IMG/VR virus record: IMGVR_UViG_3300032295_003128
Coordinates: 1 to 64,000 of that record
Source: a virus
Lineage: Duplodnaviria; Caudoviricetes
Direction: 5' to 3' (one strand)
DNA: 64,000 nucleotides
Below, one piece after another: positions 34,301 through 43,547 of this stretch. The position numbers were made by a program, and so were the translations under genes. The stretch's first letter is position 1; the number at the start of each line of letters is the position of its first letter. The notes under the pieces are model-generated. The model had not been told where the DNA came from. It saw only the letters and a list, made by a program, of their open reading frames with translations, and ran no database searches.

Positions 34301-34731
34301 ACTCGCCCGACCATGCCGCCGAACGTGTTTTGGCTACCCAGGGCCAAAGTTTGAAACGCAGCCTTACGCTCGCGGTCCACTGTGGCGGTGATTTTGCGCT
34401 CGATATACGAGTAAGCTTTTTGCTCCAGAACAGCCGCCCGCTCTAAGTCGTTGTTCTCTTCGCGCCATAGCGCGAGGATCATGCTCTTGGTCGCGTCCGG
34501 CTCGTCGAGAATCAAGAAGCCGGTAAGTGGATTGCCGGTCGTGCCACCAGCTTGCCAGATAAGCTCGGTACGCTCTGCCTCTTCCTGCCGAGAGACAAAA
34601 TTAAAATGATCAATCAGACGACGTTGCGCTTCGTTTATTCGGCTGTCGATGCGGGCAGAATTGCTCGTGGCTACGCCATTATCGACGTAGGCGGCGAATA
34701 ACCCGCGTGCTTGGACAAACGAAGTAGCCAT
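31360..34731 (-). CDS. head-tail adaptor (tail tubular A)-like protein with nine tandem ~105-aa units
   Basis: Repeated (G)RLHNELPxG...HFNFLARREDY...FEIRKKLVE...AF.LIERNL; only the last unit carries a beta-rich insert (FFLPQEIETIL). Confidence 0.65.
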   Translation of the reverse strand: MATSFVQARGLFAAYVDNGVATSNSARIDSRINEAQRRLIDHFNFVSRQEEAERTELIWQAGGTTGNPLTGFLILDEPDATKSMILALWREENNDLERAAVLEQKAYSYIERKITATVDRERKAAFQTLALGSQNTFGGMVGRVGLETVSKYRLTATRIRSYLNQAYQQAIDHHNFIARSEEFDRVPLTFIALSSDATSFPAALPGEVIRLLTLSLLMTDNGADGGAIKTQAFELIQRNVMALVEAERKGSPGEAGRLHNELPGGTRFKTGRLETYLSQAGTDAAAQWAFFARREDYRETDPPFPSFPFEIKKKLVEAYIATAGGQAEVATALKQEAASLIERDLMARVEANRRDQPGEIGQLHNELPDGVKVMTARIVDYMNQAVLDATAHWNFLSRREDYSTGTLPNPFPFEIRKKLVESYLATARGTATAGNDKVVDLSASLKSEAFSLIERNLMAQVEKARREYTADADVAKLHNELPEGLKYPTTRLAAYLSQAVTEATDHFNFLARREDYNATAPTFPFEIRKKLVEACIAVAQGAPDIASQLKQTAFELIERNLMTQVEETRRNVAGSPDETRLHNELPDGVKIPTARLTTYLSTATTEATAHYNFLAKREDYNATVPGSFPTFEIRKKLVESYLATAQAAPDVATKLKQEAFEFIERDLMTAVEASRRAVLTFAGRLHNELPDGVKIPTARIDTYLTTANTEATAHFNFLARREDYKATAPTTFDDEIRKKLVESYVATSRGQADAAAAFKQEAFALVERNLVRSVEEARRDATGEIGRLHNEIAGGLQIPTSRMQTLADQAVTEIRSHQAFLQRREDYSGPRPPVTYEQKKLMIESYLVPAAMTRKNNSPSGSVVVVNGRDDDSKYADAAGAIKASALALVERDIVADIEETRRAKRQQLSASAPDTFGYHWGRAGLELPEAYRLSDAAVKRFINTAEEQLMLTGKWVGSVDTYALNVTATGEFFLPQEIETILFMSFDNNPRAVHDRYSEWLRGGPGYRGDDYTWMQGAVDRGEAPDPADGNKLKRKYFITLPDTVPVVRILGKRRFMPHASDNEKMYLRNFAAVFEAAKGFLLGGDQIAAHMEKATQMLATQLAQQNFTGQPPIRRAVRFMR

Positions 34732-35414
34732 TAAGCCGGTATTTCTTCAACTGTCACTAAGACATTCCCACTCGCGCCGAAGAGGTCTGGCGTGGTACTA
34801 GAGCCCGCGAGATACGCAGTGCCGCCGGTAGTCCCGACGCGCAGCGAATAAGTAACAGCGGTCGTAACGTTGGGGGTGTGCAGCCCTTCGACAATAATAC
34901 CTCTCGACTCGGCGGCGCTGCCAAAACTAGTTACCGTAGCGGCGAAGCACGTCGATTCGGTGCCAGCCATCAGGCCCGCCGTAATGGACGCGGGGTACGT
35001 TGCCCCGCCGATGGAACAGCTCGGCAAAAAAGCACGAACCAGCATTTTGTTGGCAGTTGCGCGCGGGGTGATGCCCGGCGTGTTTAGCACGTTGGCCCCC
35101 GCGTTCCCCGGCAAGGCTGATGACTGACCCGTCGCTATCACTCCAGAAGTGGAAAAGTGCGACAAACTGGCCGTGACAATATTGCTTCCTATCACAGTCT
35201 GCCATTTCGCGTTCCAAAACCCGTTGAGGGTTCCCTTGGAAGTATCTAGCCACAGCGCCGATCCGTCAGTCGGGACATTGGTGTTTACCCCACTGATAAA
35301 CACAATCTTTTTGCCTGCTGGCGCGGTCAAATAGGACGCAAACGTCTCCAACAAAGTTTGGAGATTGCTCGGATACTTTGAGTTTACGGGCAGAGTTCCG
35401 GGTATAAGCGGCAT
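34731..35414 (-). CDS. tail fibre/spike-associated protein (227 aa)
   Basis: PTDG.LWLDT...W ring motif plus beta-sandwich C-terminus (ITP..TANK.LV...VTYSLR...VTVEEI). Confidence 0.65.
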   Translation of the reverse strand: MPLIPGTLPVNSKYPSNLQTLLETFASYLTAPAGKKIVFISGVNTNVPTDGSALWLDTSKGTLNGFWNAKWQTVIGSNIVTASLSHFSTSGVIATGQSSALPGNAGANVLNTPGITPRATANKMLVRAFLPSCSIGGATYPASITAGLMAGTESTCFAATVTSFGSAAESRGIIVEGLHTPNVTTAVTYSLRVGTTGGTAYLAGSSTTPDLFGASGNVLVTVEEIPA

Positions 35415-35416
35415 AA

Positions 35417-37309
35417 TTAACGTTTATTGAAGTGTGGGCTTAATAGTATATCCCATCCGAAAGGAGCGCAACTAGCCCTCGGGGTAATGATCATGGCTTT
35501 GGTCGCGGTGCAAGGAACACAAAACACCCGGCCGTCCGGCAATACAACTCCTCCCGCATAAGCTCCTTTACCGAAGCCGTCTTGGGTGGTTGGAGGCGTC
35601 GGAAACCCCGGTAGCTGAATCGAAGCAGTGGAGCCAGAAGCGTCAGAGTCAAAAACGCGCGGAAATTGTGCCCGCCCCGGGATGAGAACGACAAACCCAT
35701 CCGGCAGCCGGACCATGCCGGAATAGTCCTCGACAGTGCTGAGTGGGATGCTGACCGCCGTGCGTAACAACTGTTGCGCGTCAGAGCTGAACACCTCTAT
35801 CTTTAACGTTGTCGGGCTGGATTGATCGACGAGCGGAATCAATATCTCGCCTCGAGCGTTAAGCAATGGAGCTGCGCGAAAATGCGACTGCGGCTCGGAC
35901 GGAGTTGGAAACAAGTTTAGCTGTTGCGACCCGTTGTAACCGCCGAGGGCAAGCGCACCTGTTCCGCTTTGATAAACGTGGGCCCCGAAAAACACGTCGC
36001 CTTGGGAAGTTAACGAGGCCCCGCGAGTAAGATACGTCCCTTTGTTAAGACCCGTAAGCACTTCTAGAGTGCCGTCCATGCGAACTATCGCAGGATTGAC
36101 GCTGGCGTTCGGTGCCAGAAACGCGGACCGGTGTCCACTGAACTTGCGCGTGTTTGGCAGCATAACCCCTCCTACAAACGCTCTGTTCGGAAGCGTTGCG
36201 ACTTCGTTGGTCCACACGGATCTATTTTCGTAAGGATAGTACAGCAGCGCTCGCTTAGAGTTGTATGGAACGCACACCACAGCAACTTGAGGTATGCGGG
36301 TATAATTGTAAGACGCGCTGTCAAGCGTATCGCCAGCCGACACGGGATAGTCCGCCATGAGAACGCCGCCAGCAAAAAGGGCGCCTGTGTTGGGGTAAGT
36401 TCCGCCTTCTGGAGTCGGTGCCGATACAAGCACATCCTTCCTCGGGTCGTAAATCATTGCTTCCGTATAATTGAAAGGAACTAGAAACACGCGCCCATCG
36501 GGAAGTAATACCCCGCCGCTAAAGGCCCCGCCGAATCCAGCGGTCAAAGTCGAGCCGCCTGGAAAAGTCGGAGCCGCCGCCCGGGAACGACCGACAACTG
36601 GAAAACTTCTATTTCGGGATGCCGTTAGTTCTAAGTTTGAGCGTAGCTGAGTAAAAAAAGTACCTTCTTGCTGCCCAAACCAGCGCGTGGTCCCATCGGG
36701 CGCGGAATTCAAAAAGTGTACGCAGGCATCAAGGTCGCCGGCCGGATGGCCGCCTGTTACTCCCCGCCCGAAGTGAGTGGACAAAACAGCTTCGGTCGCA
36801 ATGTTCGTCGATCCCACAGCTCCTGCTTTGAGACTGCGACTGCCCACCGCATTATCCGCGAGGTGCTTCTCTTGAACGGGTCGAACCTGATTAGAATCTG
36901 TTGGCGCGGCGCTTACCGGATGATCAAGCTGCTCGTCGCCGATAGCCCGCGCCTTAATGTGGTTTCGCCCAACCGCGCGCTGCGAATCGTCGGTGGGGCT
37001 GCTTTGCAGTTTTGTTTCAGTGACGGACCCGTCTTGTAGCTTGCTGGCCGTAACCGATAGGCCGGGCAAAAGGTTCGCTAACCCTACTTCCGCAGCTACC
37101 TGGCCCCTCCGCACGATCGCGACGTCTGTGGTCAACGTCGATGTAAGAGGAGCTTCGATTCCGCCATTGTAAATCCAGTTACGCAATGAGGCCATCGAAG
37201 CGTTGAAGGTTTCACTCGCCCTTGAGACCAACATCAAGTCCGTAGCTGCGACCGGCTCTAGCACTGGATCAAGCTGCGCTATCGTTTTGTTTGTGGTGTA
37301 GTTCGGCAT
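35417..37309 (-). CDS. tail fibre with C-terminal GGVLLPDGRVF.VP beta-propeller-like repeats
   Basis: VT..KL.DG.V shaft repeats; repeats FSGGVLLPDGRVFLVPFN and YAGGVVLPDGRVFCVP. Confidence 0.7.
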   Translation of the reverse strand: MPNYTTNKTIAQLDPVLEPVAATDLMLVSRASETFNASMASLRNWIYNGGIEAPLTSTLTTDVAIVRRGQVAAEVGLANLLPGLSVTASKLQDGSVTETKLQSSPTDDSQRAVGRNHIKARAIGDEQLDHPVSAAPTDSNQVRPVQEKHLADNAVGSRSLKAGAVGSTNIATEAVLSTHFGRGVTGGHPAGDLDACVHFLNSAPDGTTRWFGQQEGTFFTQLRSNLELTASRNRSFPVVGRSRAAAPTFPGGSTLTAGFGGAFSGGVLLPDGRVFLVPFNYTEAMIYDPRKDVLVSAPTPEGGTYPNTGALFAGGVLMADYPVSAGDTLDSASYNYTRIPQVAVVCVPYNSKRALLYYPYENRSVWTNEVATLPNRAFVGGVMLPNTRKFSGHRSAFLAPNASVNPAIVRMDGTLEVLTGLNKGTYLTRGASLTSQGDVFFGAHVYQSGTGALALGGYNGSQQLNLFPTPSEPQSHFRAAPLLNARGEILIPLVDQSSPTTLKIEVFSSDAQQLLRTAVSIPLSTVEDYSGMVRLPDGFVVLIPGRAQFPRVFDSDASGSTASIQLPGFPTPPTTQDGFGKGAYAGGVVLPDGRVFCVPCTATKAMIITPRASCAPFGWDILLSPHFNKR

Positions 37310-37581
37310 TAAAGCGATAGTTTGAAATTCAATGTGTCATTATTTGCCGCAAACGTGCTGAGCAATAAATAACGGTTGCTGTTAATGAGTAAATATACAG
37401 CTTCTGTCGGGCGATTGTAGCTCAGATGCCCGTCGAATGCTTGCGTCCCCAGCAGTTGCTGTGTCGGCAAGATTGCGGTCGCGTACACTGGTGCTGAAAG
37501 CCCCCCGCTGAGCGGTCTACAACCTACCCCGGTAGTGGCCCCTATTTCCAGTGGCGCCGCCGTTATAGCGCGGCAGCTCAT
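37309..37581 (-). CDS. small virion-associated hypothetical protein
   Basis: Coupled to both neighbours. Confidence 0.6.
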   Translation of the reverse strand: MSCRAITAAPLEIGATTGVGCRPLSGGLSAPVYATAILPTQQLLGTQAFDGHLSYNRPTEAVYLLINSNRYLLLSTFAANNDTLNFKLSL

Positions 37582-39713
37582 AAAATTGAGCCTCCTCCAA
37601 CGGATTCGGTCTGCTTAGTAGCGTGTAATAGCAGCCTGCCTAACCTCGCGCGGCCGCGCCATGAAATGCGTAGCGCAAATTCGTGCCCTAAGTTTGCGGG
37701 TAATTCAGTCGCTGCGTTGTCAGCTTCCGGCGGGGTAGGCAGCCGAAATTGAGAAATATACCCCCGGGCGTAATCAGGTACGTTATTGGAAACGCCGTCT
37801 GGAACAAACTGCGTTACAAAGCACTGTGTAATAGTGTGCCAATGCACCCACTGCGGGCTATCATCGGCGTGCCAATAAATTTTGCACTCGAACGTTTCGT
37901 CGGGCCCGCCGCCCAAATCGTCGAACCAAACGTCGCACCTCAGTAGCTTTTTAACATTATACTCTTCCTTGAAATCAAAGCTTTTCGTGTTCACGAGCGC
38001 ATTGACGGGCCGAACAACGCCTGCGCCATCAATGTCATGCTCTTGGTCTAAGGACACTTCCCACAGTTCATGGAAGTTGTTGTGAAAGCATATGGCAAAC
38101 ATGCGACGAACACCGCCGACTTCGGCGGCAAACACTTGCAAGGGAGAGATTCCAGTCCACACGCCATCAAACGAAGCTGCTGATTTTTCTCGGTTCCCTG
38201 CCGTGTTTCGAAAATCCAATACCGCGATTCCGTCGTAGACAATGTTAACCGGCGCGTCCGCGAGCAACTCGGCATTTGCATCTTGAACTGCTTTTGTGCT
38301 GCCCGACGCAGTAGGAACGACCGCGCGAGGCCAACAAGTCATCAACAGACGGTCATCAAAGTAGGCAAAACTTACGCGCTCCAGAAGATACGACGTGTCG
38401 TATTTTAAGATCGAGTCGATTTCTGAGGACATGGGCGTTTGGCCGTAGCCCTCAAAATCAGCGCGCGCGCTCCGGTACGAGCGAATTCCGTTTCCGTCCA
38501 AGCTCCGAAAAAACAGATCCCCGTTTACTGCTTGCACACTCTCGGCCGCCGACCCTACGTTCAAAAATAACACGCGCTGAAAACCTTTGGTTTGCTTCCA
38601 TTGCATTCGTTCGAGCGAAACGGTAAAGCTCGCGGCGCCTCGCTCGCAAAACGCGATAAGATCGCCTTGTCCAGTCGCGTCATCTTGGACTGGAACAAAC
38701 GCCATGGTCTGTACTTTTCCCATTTCGCCTGGCAACGAAAACGACCCACCTTCGGCTAAAAACGTATGCTCGCTAAAATTCAGCAAATCTTGATCGCTAC
38801 CTGAATTGAATCTCGCGACGAAACCGCCAGCCCCAGCGGTTGCAACCGCAGCGGGTATCACAAACGAGTACTCGTCGTTTCTTTGAACGACAACGTATGT
38901 TCCGTTGATGTTCGGGGTGCTGCTGTGTCCGGTGATTGTGACTGAATCGCCCGCCGAAAAACCGTGAGGTGCTTCTGTTGTAACAACGCACGGAAAGTCT
39001 ACGCTTGTGCTTTTAATTGCTACGCTGGACACGCTGCCTCCGTAAATGAGATCCCCCGCCATTATTTCACTGCCGTCGTTGACGGCCACAAAAAGTCGCC
39101 CTTGTCCGTACGCCATTTGCTTTCCGGACGGAACGCTAGGGGAACCGTAATAGCTCGCCGGTTGACAGCCATAGCCGTCATAGATGATCGGCTCGTTTGC
39201 GCCGTCTTGGATGACGACAAATTTCTCGGCTTGTACTAAATAAACCGGAACGGTGTTCAGTATCGGAACTGACTGGTTGACCCAAAAACACGAACCCGCT
39301 GTTAGATCAATCGCTAGGACGCGCCCATCGATGACGAGGATAAGCTGCGCCGGTCGCCCCTCGCGGGGGTCATTATAAATTAAACCCCCTTGATAATACC
39401 GCCCTGCCCGGACGTACGCTTCAAACCGGCTTGCGGAAGTAGAAGTATCTCCCGTTAATCTTGGTCCCGAAACCCCGTCTTGGACCCACTCGTCAAATCC
39501 CGGCTGCCCACTAGCGACTGACGTTGGCGATCGCCAATAAGAAGCTCGGATTTGAGAAAAACCCGGACGCGTTCTAGGGCCGCCGGCGCCCCGAAAAGTG
39601 CAATTTTCGGCGTAGGACGCCGCGCCGTCGGCAATTTGCGACGGATCCCGGCTTCCGTCCATTCCGACGAGACCCCGGAAGCCATCAACCAGTCTTTCCT
39701 GGTCGATAATCAT
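37578..39713 (-). CDS. tail nozzle (tail tubular B / stabilisation protein)-like, 711 aa
   Basis: N-terminal A.N....G...TRPGF, beta-propeller-like body, C-terminal TKSFDF...KKL; downstream of the capsid gene. Confidence 0.75.
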   Translation of the reverse strand: MIIDQERLVDGFRGLVGMDGSRDPSQIADGAASYAENCTFRGAGGPRTRPGFSQIRASYWRSPTSVASGQPGFDEWVQDGVSGPRLTGDTSTSASRFEAYVRAGRYYQGGLIYNDPREGRPAQLILVIDGRVLAIDLTAGSCFWVNQSVPILNTVPVYLVQAEKFVVIQDGANEPIIYDGYGCQPASYYGSPSVPSGKQMAYGQGRLFVAVNDGSEIMAGDLIYGGSVSSVAIKSTSVDFPCVVTTEAPHGFSAGDSVTITGHSSTPNINGTYVVVQRNDEYSFVIPAAVATAGAGGFVARFNSGSDQDLLNFSEHTFLAEGGSFSLPGEMGKVQTMAFVPVQDDATGQGDLIAFCERGAASFTVSLERMQWKQTKGFQRVLFLNVGSAAESVQAVNGDLFFRSLDGNGIRSYRSARADFEGYGQTPMSSEIDSILKYDTSYLLERVSFAYFDDRLLMTCWPRAVVPTASGSTKAVQDANAELLADAPVNIVYDGIAVLDFRNTAGNREKSAASFDGVWTGISPLQVFAAEVGGVRRMFAICFHNNFHELWEVSLDQEHDIDGAGVVRPVNALVNTKSFDFKEEYNVKKLLRCDVWFDDLGGGPDETFECKIYWHADDSPQWVHWHTITQCFVTQFVPDGVSNNVPDYARGYISQFRLPTPPEADNAATELPANLGHEFALRISWRGRARLGRLLLHATKQTESVGGGSIL

Positions 39714-39719
39714 CCGGCG

Positions 39720-39947
39720 TTACTCCTTGGCGAGGGCGGTCATCATCGCCTCGTCGAAACCGGCGTCTTCGGTCGGTTCGGCTTCCGCTTCGGCAGGAGC
39801 TTCGCCGACGGGAAGGCCGTCGATGGCGGTGAGAGTAAGAGTGCCGGCGCCGAGCTGAAGAGTCGCCAAAGCTTCGAATGTCGAACCTTCGGTAACCCCA
39901 TCAGGCGGAACCATGCCGTTAGGAACGGGAAATGTGATGGATTTCAT
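39720..39947 (-). CDS. small acidic protein downstream of the capsid gene
   Basis: 75-aa ORF with good codon usage. Confidence 0.65.
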   Translation of the reverse strand: MKSITFPVPNGMVPPDGVTEGSTFEALATLQLGAGTLTLTAIDGLPVGEAPAEAEAEPTEDAGFDEAMMTALAKE

Positions 39948-40011
39948 GTGGTTTGCGAGGTTGCCCCCATTCTACCCCGGAGGTTCACTCCGGGGCAGTG
40001 TTGGGAACAAC

Positions 40012-41316
40012 TTAGGCCGTAATCGCGGTGTTCGCGCAGTTGACCACGTCAACAGCACGCGGGCAGCGGCGATGACGAATCACGAAGCCGAGTTCAGGGC
40101 GCAGGAGCTTGGGACCATAGGCATAGAGTGCCCGGAAGTACCCAATATTGCCGTCCGGATTGATCAAGCGGTCCTGGATGTTCCTCCAAGTGAATTCACC
40201 CGACCAGGAGTAGGCCGGATTGTATTTCAGTTGGCCGACGCCCGTGGGCTTCGGGATGAGGATCTTGAGCACGTCCGCGTGGTAAACCACGGTGTCCGTG
40301 AACGGCGCGTCTTTGTACGCCTGAGAAACCTCGTACCCTTTTCCGATCTGCAATCCAGACACGGAATCAGCAAAAGGCTGAATGCGAGTCCATTTACGAT
40401 CGGTATCGTTGAACGTGTAGCGCGGCGGAAACTCAACCGTGAAGAACTTGAACCCGCGATACGTACCGGAGAGCCCCGGAGCCGCCATCATCGGGCTGCT
40501 GTTGCCAGCGCCCTCGAAAGCGTAACGGAAGTCGTCACGGACGTTGCTGTCCTCCATCTTCAGATCGTAGAAGCTGAAGCGGTCGCCGACCAAGGCGTAG
40601 ACCGGCGTCATTTCGTCAACCCGGGTGTACGGATTGATCGAGCCGCCGAGATAGCCCATTTGTTCGTAAACGAACTCAAGGACATCCCAAGTCAGTTTAC
40701 CGACTTTGGCCGCAACAGTGCCAGTGGGCATCGCGGTTCCGGACGCTGTGCCGTAAGTGGCGGAAGTCGCCAAGGCATCAGACGGACCGGCAAAGAACTG
40801 GGAGCGCGTGGCGTTCACAATTCCGCTATTGGCCGTCTTGTAGACTACCAAATAGTTGCTGACTGCGTTGAGGTACTCGTCCTGGTACGCGTTGGTCCAG
40901 ACCCAGCGGGTGTTTTCGGTCAGGATGCGGATGATGTTCCGAACCTGATCTTCCACCTGCCAAGCAAACTGAAGGTCGTCCAAACAGATGTCGGGCGAGT
41001 TCAGCGCGGCCTTTTTGAGGCTCGTCTGGCGCAGGGTGATGCCGAAGCGGTCGAGGGTTTGTCCGGCGTTGTTGAGACACGGACCGCCCGCCACGGCGGT
41101 TTCGGTGCTGCTCGTCCAAGCCTGGAAGGCCACGGGCGTAGAAGGAAGCACCCGCTCATAGATCGGGTAGGCGTACTGAGTGCCCTGCCCGTCGAGCCAA
41201 GGCTCTTTAGGCAAGTGCTTGAGGTAAAAGTCCGAGTTGGTGATGTTCTTCGCAACGTTGTTGCGAATCAAACCAGCATGCTCGTGAAACAATTTCTGAA
41301 TGTTAGGTGCAGACAT
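40012..41316 (-). CDS. major capsid protein (434 aa)
   Basis: Size, strong codon bias, AAGGAG SD, own promoter/leader, downstream hairpin at 39975-39995, position before the nozzle. Confidence 0.75.
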   Translation of the reverse strand: MSAPNIQKLFHEHAGLIRNNVAKNITNSDFYLKHLPKEPWLDGQGTQYAYPIYERVLPSTPVAFQAWTSSTETAVAGGPCLNNAGQTLDRFGITLRQTSLKKAALNSPDICLDDLQFAWQVEDQVRNIIRILTENTRWVWTNAYQDEYLNAVSNYLVVYKTANSGIVNATRSQFFAGPSDALATSATYGTASGTAMPTGTVAAKVGKLTWDVLEFVYEQMGYLGGSINPYTRVDEMTPVYALVGDRFSFYDLKMEDSNVRDDFRYAFEGAGNSSPMMAAPGLSGTYRGFKFFTVEFPPRYTFNDTDRKWTRIQPFADSVSGLQIGKGYEVSQAYKDAPFTDTVVYHADVLKILIPKPTGVGQLKYNPAYSWSGEFTWRNIQDRLINPDGNIGYFRALYAYGPKLLRPELGFVIRHRRCPRAVDVVNCANTAITA

Positions 41317-41492
41317 AAGCCTGTTTTTCTCCTTTCAAGAGAGGTTTTGTGGTTATGAACCTAGTGATGTCCAAAACCGCCATTGCGGAGCCAGACGCTA
41401 GATCCAAGGTTTTCTTTACCCTCTGCGGAAAGGGCCTATACACGCAGTTGTTTTTTCGAGCCGAGTATTACCGCTACTCGTAAGCGTGAGAT

Positions 41493-41521
41493 AAATTATA
41501 CGCAGCCGGAAAGCGTGTCAA
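41493..41521 (-). promoter_or_regulatory. sigma70-like promoter upstream of the capsid gene
   Basis: TTGACA (41521-41516) with TATAAT at a 15-nt spacer or TAATTT at a 17-nt spacer. Confidence 0.55.
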
Positions 41522-41574
41522 ATGGCGCTCAATCACGGTGTCGCAAAAAGCATGAAGATAGCGTTTTACAATAT

Positions 41575-42036
41575 TCATTGCGGTCGTAGAAGTAATGCCG
41601 CTTCCTGTGATGCTGCCTCATAAGTAACGGGTGGGGCAGGCCAATCGTTGCGTGGTGTCGGATTAACAGACGCAGCGAGTAAAATGCCTTCAAGCCATCC
41701 TTTCATAGCTGACATCGCGGGGCCTAGTGCTTGACCACTAGTGATGAGGGCCATTTCTAACCTCTGCAAGCCGACAACCTGAAGGGTTGTGAGAAAACGT
41801 GAAACCCACTGCTCTGCTGTATAAGTTGTTGGAGCCGGGTTGCTTTCGACGACTATTGCTTTAGCGGAGAACTCATTGCGAACGTACTCTACTAGCTGAC
41901 CCCCGGACGGTAAAAGTTCATCAGTGTAATCAGAAACTATACCGTTATGAATTAAGAGGCGAACTGGGGCGATATCTTTGTTGTCTCCAACGAAATCTCC
42001 TAGCAGGCGCAGTGTGTCAGTATCGGTAATAATCAT
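41575..42036 (-). CDS. fibre-associated / chaperone-like protein (153 aa)
   Basis: ATGA overlap with the upstream fibre gene. Confidence 0.6.
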   Translation of the reverse strand: MIITDTDTLRLLGDFVGDNKDIAPVRLLIHNGIVSDYTDELLPSGGQLVEYVRNEFSAKAIVVESNPAPTTYTAEQWVSRFLTTLQVVGLQRLEMALITSGQALGPAMSAMKGWLEGILLAASVNPTPRNDWPAPPVTYEAASQEAALLLRPQ

Positions 42037-43547
42037 GTCAGTTTGAAGATGAAGTTGTTGACGAAACCGCCGTTGCCGCCGCTGTAAGCGGCGAACCAAA
42101 TTTCTATGCGCTCTCGTGCAGTTTGCCCTCCCCAAGCGGCTGCGGTCGCGGTTGAGGAGACCGTGAGTACTGAGTTAGAGCTTGAGCTTGGGATCTGGAA
42201 GCTATTTAGGGTTCCACCGAACGGAGTGACTGCATTAGTCGCAATATTTCTTCTACGAAGATGGACCCGAATGCCGTCAAATGTAATCCCGCCAGTCTCC
42301 ACGAACAAGGTCAGGGTAAAGGTCGAGGGAAGGCTCAACCAAAGAGGGTCCATCTCGAAAAACTCATCCGGCAAAATAAAGTACCCGCGAGCGTTGAGTT
42401 GTGCGTTTGTCAGAGAACCAAGATTAGACGTGTCCCCGGTAAAGCCTGAGTTAGTAAAAGAAGCAAATCTACGTATGTAAATCGTGTTAGTTTTCGGCAC
42501 TGAAAACACCGCGTCTAGTTTTTGCTTGTCTGTTGACGCCATAAAGCCCCCAGAAGACACGGTGGCGCTAGGATGAGTATGCGCGGTGGGCGCAGCATCA
42601 AGGGCCGTGCGTATAGCTGCGGGGGCGGTAAAAGCCAATGGGCCATAAACAGTAGTGTTACCACTTCCGTCATCCGCAATTCCTGTGCCGTTGATATTGA
42701 TCTCGTTGAAAGCCGCATACGGGGCCCACAGATCGGACTGCTGCTCCGGTAGGCTGGGAGACGCGGAGGGGACGACGGATACTTTCTGAAAATCCACCAC
42801 TGCGCCAAGCGACGCTTTTTGATTGAGAGCGGCCTGCAAGTCCCTCACTTCGCTGATCGCCACACTGCCAAGCTCCCACATCCCCGTATTATTCGAGAGC
42901 GTGACCGTGACAGTGTTGCTGCTAGGAAAGTTTGCTGCTGGGTAAGCGACAAGCTCTTGGTCTGTGAAAGCAGTTAAATTGATGAAGTTGCGTCTAACCA
43001 AGCGGTATGGGCGTCGCGTTCCTCCGCTAGCAGAGACGGCTAGCACACGACGGAGGGTAGTCTTGCCATAAGTAGTATTATTGAGGTTATTCCCTACAAT
43101 AATTGTTAGCTGTGCTGTCGCGTTACTCCCGTTGAGCATTAGCTGGAAAAACCGCGTAGTGGCGTTGTTTAAGGGAGTAATATCATCCAAAAAGAGTTCA
43201 TTCGTAGACTGCGGAATCGTGACGCTCTCTTGGACAGTAAGGGTCGGTCGAACGTCGAGCTGGGTCTGCAAGCCCGTTACTTCGCTTATCTGGTGCGTGT
43301 GGGCTGGGAGTGTCCCCGAAGAACCCGTTCCTTTCTCAACGAAGTTCGCGTTTTCGACGCCGTCTTTGAACCAATACTCCACTATAGAGCTGCCGCTCTT
43401 GATGCCGACGGTCAACCCCTGATAACGGAAGCCGGACGTGAGGTCAGCAAGGGCGAGCGCGACGGTATCGTAAGGCCCGTATTTGGCGTCCAGAGCGGTT
43501 GGCGATCCAATCAGAACGCCTGTTGCGAGTGTGATTCCAGATGGCAT
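42033..43547 (-). CDS. fibre protein with phage tail repeat motifs (504 aa)
   Basis: HTHQISEVTGLQTQLD, ISEVRDLQAALNQKA, HTHPSAT...GFM...DK.KLD. Confidence 0.75.
   Translation of the reverse strand: MPSGITLATGVLIGSPTALDAKYGPYDTVALALADLTSGFRYQGLTVGIKSGSSIVEYWFKDGVENANFVEKGTGSSGTLPAHTHQISEVTGLQTQLDVRPTLTVQESVTIPQSTNELFLDDITPLNNATTRFFQLMLNGSNATAQLTIIVGNNLNNTTYGKTTLRRVLAVSASGGTRRPYRLVRRNFINLTAFTDQELVAYPAANFPSSNTVTVTLSNNTGMWELGSVAISEVRDLQAALNQKASLGAVVDFQKVSVVPSASPSLPEQQSDLWAPYAAFNEININGTGIADDGSGNTTVYGPLAFTAPAAIRTALDAAPTAHTHPSATVSSGGFMASTDKQKLDAVFSVPKTNTIYIRRFASFTNSGFTGDTSNLGSLTNAQLNARGYFILPDEFFEMDPLWLSLPSTFTLTLFVETGGITFDGIRVHLRRRNIATNAVTPFGGTLNSFQIPSSSSNSVLTVSSTATAAAWGGQTARERIEIWFAAYSGGNGGFVNNFIFKLT

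Noticed and set aside
39913-41358. 481-aa plus-strand ORF
   Set aside because: Antisense shadow of the major capsid gene.
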